A DNA stretch of 64,000 nt from Desulfobacterales bacterium (lineage in GTDB: Bacteria > Desulfobacterota > Desulfobacteria > Desulfobacterales > UBA2174): positions 672,001-736,000 of the forward strand of contig CAXXWC010000019.1 in NCBI GenBank assembly GCA_963668645.2, given 5' to 3'. Shown here in pieces: positions 20,863-31,700 of the stretch (its first letter is position 1; the number at the start of each line of letters is the position of its first letter). The position numbers and the translations under genes are program-made. The notes below the pieces were generated by a model. That model searched no databases. It was not told the DNA's origin and saw only the letters and a program-made list of their open reading frames with translations.

Positions 20863-21174
20863 TTACTGGCCGCTGCTGACCGTTATGACGGTCACCGCTT
20901 TAACCGGCAGCCGCATGCGGCACTTTTCCTTCTGAACCACAACCGCCGCCGCTTCGACGGCCACAACCACATAGCCGTCGGGTCCGAGGGGATCGCCCAG
21001 GCCTACCTCGAAGCGCGCCCCGGAAACGTTTTGCACCACGGCGCGGCCGGCGGCCGGGTTCGCGGACACGATACGCAGGGAACCGAATCCCGCCGATCCC
21101 GCCAGGCTGACGCCAACCGCGATCAGCAAGGTCATGATCACCAATGCAAATATCCATGCACGCTTCATCGTCAC
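20863..21174 (-). CDS. Small exported protein with a PilP/GspC-HR-like domain
   Basis: N-terminal hydrophobic signal; RAVVQNVSGARFEVGLGDPLGPDGYVVVAVEAAAVVV resembles the PilP/GspC HR beta-domain pattern; GTGA overlap with the upstream gene. Confidence 0.6.
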   Translation of the reverse strand: MTMKRAWIFALVIMTLLIAVGVSLAGSAGFGSLRIVSANPAAGRAVVQNVSGARFEVGLGDPLGPDGYVVVAVEAAAVVVQKEKCRMRLPVKAVTVITVSSGQ

Positions 21175-22268
21175 GGTCCTACATACGGGTTGTAAACGTA
21201 GTCCAGGGTCTGCGGCACCGGATTGGGCAGGGCCGGCCAGAGACTGTAATCAACGGCCGCTTGCGGGTCCGTCCCGCATTCCACTACCAGGGCGATCCCG
21301 CTGTGAACCAGTACCCCGCGGTGCGCCTCCACCGCAGTTGCGGTCCAACCCCCGGTTTCGCCTTCCTGGTTGATTACACCGTTGATTAACCCATAACTGG
21401 AAAACTCTCTGTCGGCCATGGCCGATTGGTTATGCATATGCACGTAGAAACTTTGCCCCTCGACAAGAAAAATCAGTTTTGAAAAAGAAGCGGCAGAAAG
21501 CGAATCGATCCTCGCCAGCCAGGTATCGCCAATCTGCGAGTTCGGCGCCAGGGTCACATAGACGACCAGATCGTCCCACGGGGCCTTGTACATGTCGTGA
21601 TCCTCGTCGCAGTCGCCGCAGTGCGCCGACTGGAAGGCAGCGTAGGTCATCAGCTTCTGCGGTGGGTCGCTGCAGTAGATGTAATCGGTATCGTTGAAGA
21701 TTGCCAGGTGGTGCGGTTCGTTGAGGTCCTTGGTCCCCTGGGCCACAATCGGTTTGGCATCGGAGCCGAACGTGCCCTGGTAAACCACCGTGAGCACCAG
21801 GTCGGTGATCCCGGCCGGGATCGGATTTTCTCTGAAATCGAACACCAGTTCCATCTCCCCGCCGGCGGAGAACTGGACCACATCGAGGCTCACCGAAGTT
21901 CGATGGGAAAAGCCCTCAGCGCGCGACTCCGGCGTGGGCGGGTCGTTCAGCAAATCCGGATCGTAGTCGGCGCGCTCCCGGAACAGGGCATAGGCAGTCA
22001 ACGTCCCCGAATTGAGGGCCGCACTGGTGATCCTGTTTCTGATCTTGGCCCGGATCCAGGGAAACTGCTGCGGCGATGCGCTGCCGTCGATGATCGAGTA
22101 GGCATAGTCCTCCGGCGGCAATATTTCCAGCGACTGCAAACCGAGGGTCTTTCCCGCAATCGACAGCATGATCGCGTCGCCGCAGTCGGTGGCCTCCGCT
22201 TTCGGCACAATAAAGGACAATAGTGCCGCTTCAATTACCAGAATTAAGGCGAATACATGGCGATTCAT
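21171..22268 (-). CDS. Secreted hypothetical protein 'X1'
   Basis: Signal peptide ending AEA; ATGA overlap with the immunity gene; paralogue of 14674-15756. Confidence 0.88.
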   Translation of the reverse strand: MNRHVFALILVIEAALLSFIVPKAEATDCGDAIMLSIAGKTLGLQSLEILPPEDYAYSIIDGSASPQQFPWIRAKIRNRITSAALNSGTLTAYALFRERADYDPDLLNDPPTPESRAEGFSHRTSVSLDVVQFSAGGEMELVFDFRENPIPAGITDLVLTVVYQGTFGSDAKPIVAQGTKDLNEPHHLAIFNDTDYIYCSDPPQKLMTYAAFQSAHCGDCDEDHDMYKAPWDDLVVYVTLAPNSQIGDTWLARIDSLSAASFSKLIFLVEGQSFYVHMHNQSAMADREFSSYGLINGVINQEGETGGWTATAVEAHRGVLVHSGIALVVECGTDPQAAVDYSLWPALPNPVPQTLDYVYNPYVGP

Positions 22269-22714
22269 GCATCCCTTCCTTTCGACCTTTCAGTGAAAAC
22301 TGTGTTAGACGCTGCTGTGTTTTTCCTATTTTTCGCCCCCTCTATTTCGTTGTAAATATTTGTCAGCGATTTTCCTCCAAAGGCAACCGTTGCCCCCAGC
22401 GAATAAACTGCAGCAAAAAGCACAAAGATATATGGGATAGATATTAAAATTCCTATGATTTTGATTGATTGTGGCACATTGAAACGTGCGATGTATATTA
22501 TCCAAAAAAAGTAGCAGAAAAGAACAACGCCGTAAATCATTGAAGTTGTTAAAAATAGGATTTTTATGACCCATATGGAATTTGACTCGCATGCTCTCCT
22601 GGTCTTTACTAAAAAAAATAATTTTTTGCTTACCCAATATGTCGAACCCAAAATAGGAAGAAGTATTATAATGCTTGAAAATACCAGAAAAAATAAGCTT
22701 TCTTTATAGCCCAT
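22265..22714 (-). CDS. Candidate cognate immunity protein of the main Rhs toxin (3 TM)
   Basis: Very low GC; 31 bp downstream of the rhs stop; three hydrophobic helices. Confidence 0.75.
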   Translation of the reverse strand: MGYKESLFFLVFSSIIILLPILGSTYWVSKKLFFLVKTRRACESNSIWVIKILFLTTSMIYGVVLFCYFFWIIYIARFNVPQSIKIIGILISIPYIFVLFAAVYSLGATVAFGGKSLTNIYNEIEGAKNRKNTAASNTVFTERSKGRDA

Positions 22715-22745
22715 GATAGTAGACCCTCTTATCAGGAAAATATCG

Positions 22746-25700
22746 TTATGGACATGTCTTACTCATTTCTGGAGGACTGAACGGTGGATAGAAGGGAACA
22801 TTATAATCGGTAAATACGTTAACAAAGATATATGGAGGCGTCCATAGGATTAATCCGACAGGTGTAGTACCCGTCAACCATCCAACAAGTGGATGGTTGG
22901 GGTCACCAGCACCTACAAGGCCCATCGAGCTATCCAATAGATATTTCTCATAAGGAGTTGAGTACATATCTTTTGGAGGCGGGAGTATAGCCGGCTTTTC
23001 ATCCAGGGAAAATCCTACTTTAACGTACCAATTAACCTGCCGGCCAATTTTTTCTCCAAGAGAATCAACTAACCCCAAAGGATCTATTTTGTTGGTCGGG
23101 TTGTTATGGCTATAAACGTATAAACTTATTCCCCCGTCCAACCCAATCGGATCCGCCGTCAGATACCTCCCGGTCGCCGGATCGTAATAGCGGTGGTAGT
23201 TGTAGTGCAGCCCGGTCTCGGCATCGAAGTATTGCCCTGCGAAGCGCAGGTTGAACTCGATGGTGGATGCCGGATTGACCACCACCTCGCCCCCGGGCAT
23301 GTAGACCGCCTCCCACACGATCCGGTTCTGCGCGTCGGTCACCGCCACCGGCGTTCCGATGTGGTCGTTTTGAAAGTAGTAGAACGCACCGGCCACCTTG
23401 TCGTACATCGCCAGGCGGTTGTCACCGCGGTACAAATACTCGCGCGCATTGATCCCGGCATCTTCCGTCTCCAGGATCAGGTGCCCGTCCTTGTCGTAGA
23501 CGAACAGTGTCACCTCACCGCCCACCGCCTTGGCCACCCGCTGGCCCAGGCCGTTGTACACGTACTCGGCCACCAGCGACCCGGCCTCGGTGCAGCGAAT
23601 CAAACGGTTGTCCCCATTGTACTCGAATCCCATCGAACCGCCAACCGTCCGGTTGCCCGCTGCGTCGTGTTCGTAATAGACTCCCTCCACATACTCCAGC
23701 CGGTTGGTCCCCTCGCTGTAAGTGTAACTCTCCAACGCACCGTTGAGGATGTATTTGCTTAGCCGGTTGCAGGCAGCGTCGTAGCTCAAGCTCATAAGCC
23801 CCCAGCCTCCCTTCGCCGTCGTCAGCCGGTTCTGGGCGTCGTATGCATAAGTGCGGTTCTCCCACGGCTGGTGGGTCCAGCGCGTTGTCAACAGGTTGCC
23901 GTTGGAATCGTAGGTAAAGTACTGCTCCCGCGGCATGTCCGGGTTGGCCACGGACAGGCGCCCGCGAAGATCGTGCGTCGTGGCGATCTTGCCGCCGGCC
24001 CCGTTGCCCGCCTTCTCGGCACGGCCGTATGGACGGTAGGCAAAGTCATCCATCAGGGGCGTGGTCAGGCTGTTAAAGGTGGTGCGCACCGCGTCCACTG
24101 TACAGGCGCAGGCGTTGCGCTCAAAATCGAGGCTCCGGCCCGACGGGTAGGTCAGCGACGCCAGCCGCCCGGCACCGGTATAGGCATACTCCACGTCAAA
24201 GGCCTGCCCCAAAACGCTGGCCGTCTGGCTGACCAGCCGTCCCCGGCCGTCGTAGGCCCAGGCCGTGGTGCCCGAAGGATCGCTCATCGCCGTGCGCCGT
24301 CCCTTGCCGTCGTCGCCTTGGTCGTAGGTGAAGCCCACGTCCTGGCTGGCGTCCGGATAGTGCACGTCGCAGAGCCGCCCGAGGGCGTCGTAGACGTACT
24401 GGACCACGACGTTGTTGGCATCCCGGCGGCCGGTGAGGTTGCCGGCCGCATCGTAGATGTAGTGCGTAACGCCGGTGTCGGGCGAGTCCGTGGACACCCG
24501 CCTGCCCATATCATCGTAAGTGTATAGGGTCTGGTAGCCGTTGGGGTCGATCACCAGGACCAGGTTGCCGTGCCGGTCGTAGCCGTAGCCCGTGACCACC
24601 TCCTCCCCGGCCTCCAGGTGCTCTTCGGTGATGCGGCCGTACCCGTCGTGAACGTAAGTCGTCCGGGTGTTGCGCGGGTCGGTCACCGAGGCGATGTTGC
24701 CCTCCGGGTCGTAAGCGTACTGGGTCATGGTCTGGTCCGGATTGACCTGGCGCAGCAGCTTTCCCGGCAGGCTGTGGCCATCCCCGCTGTAGACGAACTG
24801 GCGCACATTGGTCTCGATGCCGTCAGCGCCTTGGTAGCGCTGGTCTACGAGGTTGCCCTGGACATCGTAGGCGAAGGTGATGGTGCTTCCGGTCTGGTCG
24901 CTCTGGCGTTCGAGGCGTCCGAACTCGGCCTCGTAAGTGTAGTCCTGGGTCACGCCGTCTTCGTCCTCGGTGCGGGTCACCAGGCCGGCCTCGTTGTAGA
25001 TCGTGCGCCGCGTGGTGCCGTCGGCCCCGAAAACGACCGCCGTGCAGCGGCCCCGGCCGTCGTAAGTGTACGACTCCTGGCGGCCGTTGACGTCGGTGCG
25101 AACGGCAGGCTGCCCGGCCCCGTCGTAGCCGACGAAAAAGGTCGTACCCACCAGGGGCCGGGTGACAGAGACCAGATTGGCCGTGGCATCGTCGTAACCG
25201 TAGGTCGTCAGGTCGGCGTCGCCCTCGATCGGTCCGTTCTTGAACAGGACCTGCCCGCGCGCATTGTAGCCGTAGGTCGTGACGTAGCAGTAGGGAAGCA
25301 GCGCCCCGGAAAGATCGAGGGTCAGCCCCTCTTCGACGAGCCGCGTCAGGCGCGGCCCCGGGGCCTGGTTGGGGTCTTCGTCGCCGTCGCTGTCGTAGTC
25401 CCAGGTGGTGATCTTGACCGCCTGATCGAGCAGGCTCTCCTCGCTGCGCGTCAAGGGGGTGTTCATCTCCGGGTGGTAGGTGTAGTTGACGGTGCGGGCG
25501 TTCTGACCCAAGGCGTCCAGGACGACCGTCGCCGGGTTGCCGCGCATGTCAAAATCCGCGTAACGGTGGACCATACCGCCGTAGGTTTCCACCTCGACGA
25601 GGTTCAGGGCCGTGTCGTAGTCCCAGCGAACCACGGTATTGTCCTTGTAAGGCGCCCAGCCCGGCCCGGTCTGGACCGTCACCCGCCGGCGGCCGGAAAT

Positions 25701-28700
25701 TTCACTGACGGTGTAGGTGCGCAAGGTGCCGTAAGCGTCGGCAACATCCACGGCAGTGTCTCCGTCGTAGGTCAGGGCAACCCCGCTGCCGTCGGAGGCC
25801 TCCGTCCGGAGGCAGCGGTCGGCGTCGTCGTATTCCCAAGTGGCGATCCGGTGGCCGGCCAGGTCGTACTGGCCGGTAAGGTTGCCCGAATCGGCCGCAT
25901 CGGTCCAGTCGTACTCCACGCCCGAGCCGTCGGCATAAACGACCCGCACGAGGTTGTCCCCGCCGTGTTCGAAGCGCACCCAGGCGGTGCCGTCCGGCAC
26001 AGCGGCCGTGGCCGGTCCGTACACGGCCCGCAGCCGTTCCTGGTCATAGCCGAAAACCAACTGGCGGCCGGTGGCCTCGTCCGTGATCCGCTGCGGCCGG
26101 TTCTCGGTGTAGGTGACCAGCAGCCGGTTGCCAACCGCGTCCTCGACGGCCGTCAGCAGCCCGTCGCCGTCGAAGCGGCAGGCGCTTCCGTCCGGCCGGT
26201 GCCAGAGATAGCCCCCCTGCACGGCCTCTACTTTGGTGTGTTCGCCGTATTCGCCGGTGAAGGCCGTTCCGCTTTCGACGAACAGGTGGTTGCGGCCGGT
26301 CTCGTCCACGATCAGCAGATGGGTGGCATCCGGCCGGCTCAGGCCGATCTCGTAAGTGTGGGTCCAGCCACGGCCCAACGCGCCGGTGCGGTTGGCACGG
26401 CTGTTGTAAACCGCGCCGAAAGAAAGCCCCCACCCGTGGGGCGAGGCAAAACCCAGGTCCCGGCGAGCAACCACCACGTTGCCGTTGGTCAGGCGCACCG
26501 TGCGGCCCACCAGGCCCCCGCCACCCTGCTGCTCGTCGAAGGCCAGGCCGAGATCGAGCCCCTGAAGGCTGACGACGGTAAAATCGATGGGCTGGACCGT
26601 CTGGTTGCCGGCGCAATCGGTGAGCACCAGATCGAAGTGGTAGGTCCCGTCGGCCAGGCTGGTCACGATGTAGCTCAGGGTGCCGTCGGTGATGGTTGCC
26701 TGGCCGGCGACATCGTTGCCATCGGTGTCGAGCAGGGCCACGGAGCAGATGCCGGCATGATCGTCGCCGAAGGCCGCCGTGAGGGTCAGCGAGGTGTCGG
26801 CCGTCTGGATGGCACTTCCGGCCAGCGGCCAGGTGGCGCTGACCACCGGGGCCTCACCGTCCACAATGATCGACGCGCGGGCCTGGTCGCTTCCACCAGG
26901 CCCGCTGGCCTCGACGGTGTAGACGGTGTCGGCCTGCGGTACGACCTGAAGGCTGCCGCTCATGGCCACGGTCCCGATCTCCGGAGAAATGACGCACTGG
27001 TCGGCGTTTTCGGCCGTCCAGGTCAACGTGGTGCTCTCGCCCGGCCGGATCGCGGCCGGTTCGACACTCAGCGAAACGCTCACCGGTGGAAAGGTCACCC
27101 GGGCGTAAGTCCTGGCTGTGCCGTTGGGCCCCGTGGCCGTGATGGTGTAGACCGTGTTGGCCGCCGGCGCCACCGTGCGGGTGCCGGAAAGGGGGACGGC
27201 GCCGATATCCGGCGAGATCTGGCAGGTATCGGCGTTGACCGCCTGCCAGCGCAGCGTGCTCGTGCCGCCGATGGCAATCTCCTCCGGGTCGGCCGTAAGG
27301 GTGACGAAGGGCGGATCGACGGCGACCGTGGCGTCAGCCGTGGCCGTGCCCAGTGGACCGGCGGCCGTCAGGGTGTATACCGTGGTCTGCAAAGGGCTGA
27401 CAATGGCGCTGCCACTGAGGTCTACGGATCCGAGATCCGGTGCGATGGTGCAGGCGGTGGCGTTGACGGCAGACCAGGAAAGGGTCGCCGACTGGCCGGC
27501 GCCGATGGCCGGCGGTGCGGCGCTGATGGCAGCGAACATGTGAGGATAGACGTAGACCTTGCCGGCTGTCGGAGCCCCGACCACGATCCAGCCGCCGCCG
27601 GTGTCCAGCGCCAGGCCGAACCCCTCTTCGGCCTGGGGGGCAGCCAGACGGCCGACCTGGGTCCAGGCGTCCTGTGCGACGCCGAACAGCACGACCCCGT
27701 CCTGCAAGCCGCAGACCGCACCCGTTGCGGCCATGGCCACGGGCCAGTAACCTGTGGTGGAGGCCTCGCCGAGAACGTGGGCATCGCGCGTCCACTCTCC
27801 CTCGTCGCTCGGCCTATAAAAAAGGGCCGTGTTGAAGCCGGCCGTAGGAAAGGCGCCCACCAGGGCACCTGTCTCGCCCAGGGCCACGGTCAGGCCGTCG
27901 TAGGCTTCGTTTTGGGAATCCAGCGGCGTAAAGCAGGCCTGCTGGACCCACCCTCCCTCGTCGCTCGGAGCAAAATAGTAGGCGGCTTGCCTGGACCCAA
28001 CCAGAATGTACTCGCCGGAAACAGCCACGAACTGGCCGAAATGATCACCGGCCTTTCCGTCTTCGGCGGTCAGACGTGCCACCTGCAACCATCCGCTCGC
28101 GGTGTGCGCAAAGACGTAAACCGCCCCCCGCTCTTCCAGTCCCCAGCCCATGGCGCCGACCACAGCCACGTCGCCGTCGATGGCCACGGACACGCCGAAG
28201 CCCTCTTCGGCCGTTGGATCGACAGGCACCAGCCGATCTTCCTGGGTCCAGGCGCTGCCCGTATCGCGCCTAAAGACGTAGGCCGCCCCGGTGACATCCC
28301 CGTCGGGCCGGGCCTGGGCCGCCCCCACGAGCACGGCGTCGCCGTCGATGGCCACTGCAGCACCGAACTGGTCGTCTTCACCGGCGTCGGTGGCCGTCAG
28401 TCTGGCCTGCTGGCCCCAGGCCCCTGCGCTGTAAACAAAAACCAGGGCCGCTTCGTCGGCTCCGGCCACGATGGTCTCGGCGTCCACGGCCACGGCCCGG
28501 CCTAGTTCGGGGGCCGCCTGGCCGTCGGAGGCGTAGAGTGTCTCACCGCTCAGAGCCGTTTGTGCGCCGTGATCCACGATCAGCGCATGGCGGCTGTAGG
28601 CCACCACGGGCGGATGCTCGCCGTCGTCGATCACCGCGTAGATGTAGTAACGGCCGGCCGGCACTCCTTCAAGGTCCCAGAGAAAGCTGTCGCCATCGGG

Positions 28701-31700
28701 GCCGTCCGGGTCTTCGGCCAGACGGTCGGCGATGCGCATTCCGTCGGCCCCCTGCCCGTCCAGATCGTAGAAAAGCGCGATGGAAGCGTTCTGCTCGGCG
28801 TCGTGGTCACTCCAGCGGATGGTATACGCTGTATCGGCCCGCTCGCCCTCCCGGGACGGGGTCAGCAGAGTGATGGACGGAGGGCCAAGGCTGTAAAAAT
28901 AAGCGTTGGCGATCCCGTCGGAACCGATGGCGTCGGCCACTGCCACCGTGCCGCCGTCGATGTCCACCGCCGTACCGAAACCCTGGTAGTTATGTGCATC
29001 TGAAGGACCCAGCATGGCCCAGTACTGCCAGTCGGTATCGTAACGGCGAAAGAGATGGACCGCGCCGGCCGCCTCGGCAGCGGTGTTGTCGTAGCGGTCC
29101 GCCACGACAGCATACCTTTCTTCGAGGCCCAATTCGGCACCAAAGCACATAGCATTCTCTTCGGGAGCGGGAAAACGGGCCTCCTGGACCCATTCGCCGG
29201 ATTCGCGCCGGAAGACGTAGGCCGTCTCGTCGGCATTTACTAAAATCCGCTCACCGCGAATGGCCACCGCATCCCCGAACCACATATAATCACGCACATC
29301 GTCCGGTTGAAGAAAGGCGTCGACGGACCAGTTGCCGTCGCTGTCACGCACAAGCACATAGGCCCGGCCGGCATCGCTGAACGTGTCGCTGCTGTAGTAA
29401 GGGTCTCCTGCCACAGCCAGATCACCGGCAACGGCAAGACTGGTGCCGAAGCCGTCCCACTCCGACTCGCTCGGAGCGCTTAGGCAACCGCGGTGAACGA
29501 CGCGCCCCTCGGCATCGAAATCATAACAGTGCACCAGCCCGCACCATTGGTCGGTATTTGAACCGATCAACAAAACGCCTTCATCCATGGCCAGAGTCTG
29601 GCCGAAATCAATCTCCGCCGAAGGATCGGGGGGGTGGAGCACCTCGGTTTCGGGCCAGGTTCCGGCGGCATTTCGATAGATGTGAACCGCACCGGCATCG
29701 TCCGCCATGACCGCGCCCACCGCAACGCGTTCACCGGCCACGGCCACGGCCCGACCGTAGTAACTGTAGTTGTTCTCTGCCACGGGCAGGGCTTCTATGG
29801 TCAGGCGCATCATGAGCGGACGCCAGTCCCACACCCAGTCGCCGACGGCATCCAGAACGCTTACTACGTCTTGCGGAGGGCTGAGCCCACCACTCCAGTA
29901 CCAGCCTCCCCCATCCTGGTACGTCAGCGTACCGCGGAAGACGGACCAGTACTCCTCAGAGGTGCGGTCGTGCCAAACGCCGCCTTCCAAAAACTCGATC
30001 TTGCGGATGGCCAAAGGCAACATTAGGCCGTTTTCGTCCGGGTTGCGATACAGCCACAACCCGGCGATGTCCACATTGTTAAGGCGCTCGACGGCACCGG
30101 AAAGATAGTCATCGGCGTTAAAAATGACCGCTTCACGGTTGCGGTCGAAGACATGGAAGCCGATGGGCGACAAAGGGGCCACCGCAGCCGCCACGTCGGA
30201 AAACCGCGCAGCACGTGTCCAACCGGTACTGTCGCGCTGTAAGAGATGAGCACTGCCCGCGGCCAGGGGGTTAAAACTGGGAGTGCCGAGGATGGCGTAT
30301 TCGCCGTAAAGATCCAGCACGGGCTGCATTTCTCCGGACAGGTCATCACCTTGCACGGAGATTCTGGTCTCATCAAATCCTGACGGCGCGTGCTGGACAT
30401 AAAGCGGTCCGGCCCCGTAAACCGCCGTGGCCGGATCGTCCCCCATCAGTGCATACACCCAGTAAAAACCCGGTGCCAAGTCGGCCACTGGCCACTCATA
30501 TTGGCCGCTGTTAGTGCCGGTGCATTCCAGGGCAGTGACAATGGGCGTACCGTCGGCGCCGGCACTGTCGTCGTCGTAGTACAGGGAAATCGCGGCCGGG
30601 GCAGAACAGGTCGCTTCCCAGCGAAGGGTGTAGACAGCATCGGCCGTGTCGGCGATCCCGTCCGGCTCGACTACGGTCACGGATGATGCCGCATTGACGG
30701 TCACGGTGGCCGTAGCGTTCACTGCCTGGGAAAATCCTTCGACTTCAAGGATATAGGTGGTGGTGACACTGGGCTGGACGCTGTGCGACCCATTGAGGGG
30801 GACGGCACCGATGCCCGGTTGCAGGCTGGCACGAAGACCGCCTGTGGTCTGCCAGGACAGCAGTACGTCGCCACCGGGAGAGACGCTGTCCGGCGTGGCG
30901 GTCAAAACGGCGCTCAGCGGTGACAAGTCGAAATCCACCGCGGCAGTCTGACCCGCCGCCACCTCGACGGCCGTTTGCCAGTACTGGGTTCCGTCTACAT
31001 CGGCCCGGAGGCCGTAAGTTCCGGCCGGCAGATCGAAGGCCGCCTGTCCGCCGGCGTCGGTGATCTGCAGCCGGTTGAGGTAACTGCCGGTCTCCGAAAA
31101 AAGATAGACGTTGGCTTGCGGCACGTCTGCGCCAGATCGGAAAACGTGAACCGCGGCCCGGCCGAAGCCGATGACCACGGCCGTATCTACCAGCCGGAAC
31201 ACCGGCGACCAGAACGAGCCCCCCAACCAGTCGGCCCGTACCTTGTACGGTGCATCCGGCAGGTCGAAAACCGCCTGACCGGACGCATCCGTGTCCACGC
31301 ACCGGTTCTGGTAGGCACCCGACTCCGTGAAAAGATAGACCCGCACTCCGGCAAGCGGCGACAGACTCCCGGCAAAATCGGCCGACACCGTCACCGTGCT
31401 CGTCGCGTGCACGATCGGCAGATCCACCGCCGTGGTTTGCGGCACCTGGAAGACCTCGCTCCAGAACCGCGCCCCCACATAGTCCGCCCGCACCTGGTAG
31501 CTGCCGTCGGCCAGGTCGAACACCACCTGGCCAGACGTATCAGTCGCCGCCGTCAGATTGAGATAGCTGCCGGACTCGTTGAAAACATAGCAGGGCACGC
31601 CAGCAAGTGCGGCACCCTGGCCGTCGGTCACTGTCACGGCCACCGCGGCTCCGCCAGTGGATATCGCCACCTCGGTCACCGCGCCTTCAGTAAGATATGT

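Noticed and set aside
14674..22268. X1/X2 or Rhs duplicates as a diversity-generating retroelement TR/VR pair
   Set aside because: No reverse transcriptase in the window; differences are extensive and not evidently adenine-restricted.
24570..28505. 1311-aa plus-strand ORF (also 30975-33218)
   Set aside because: Antisense to rhs; expected from high-GC codon bias; no motifs.
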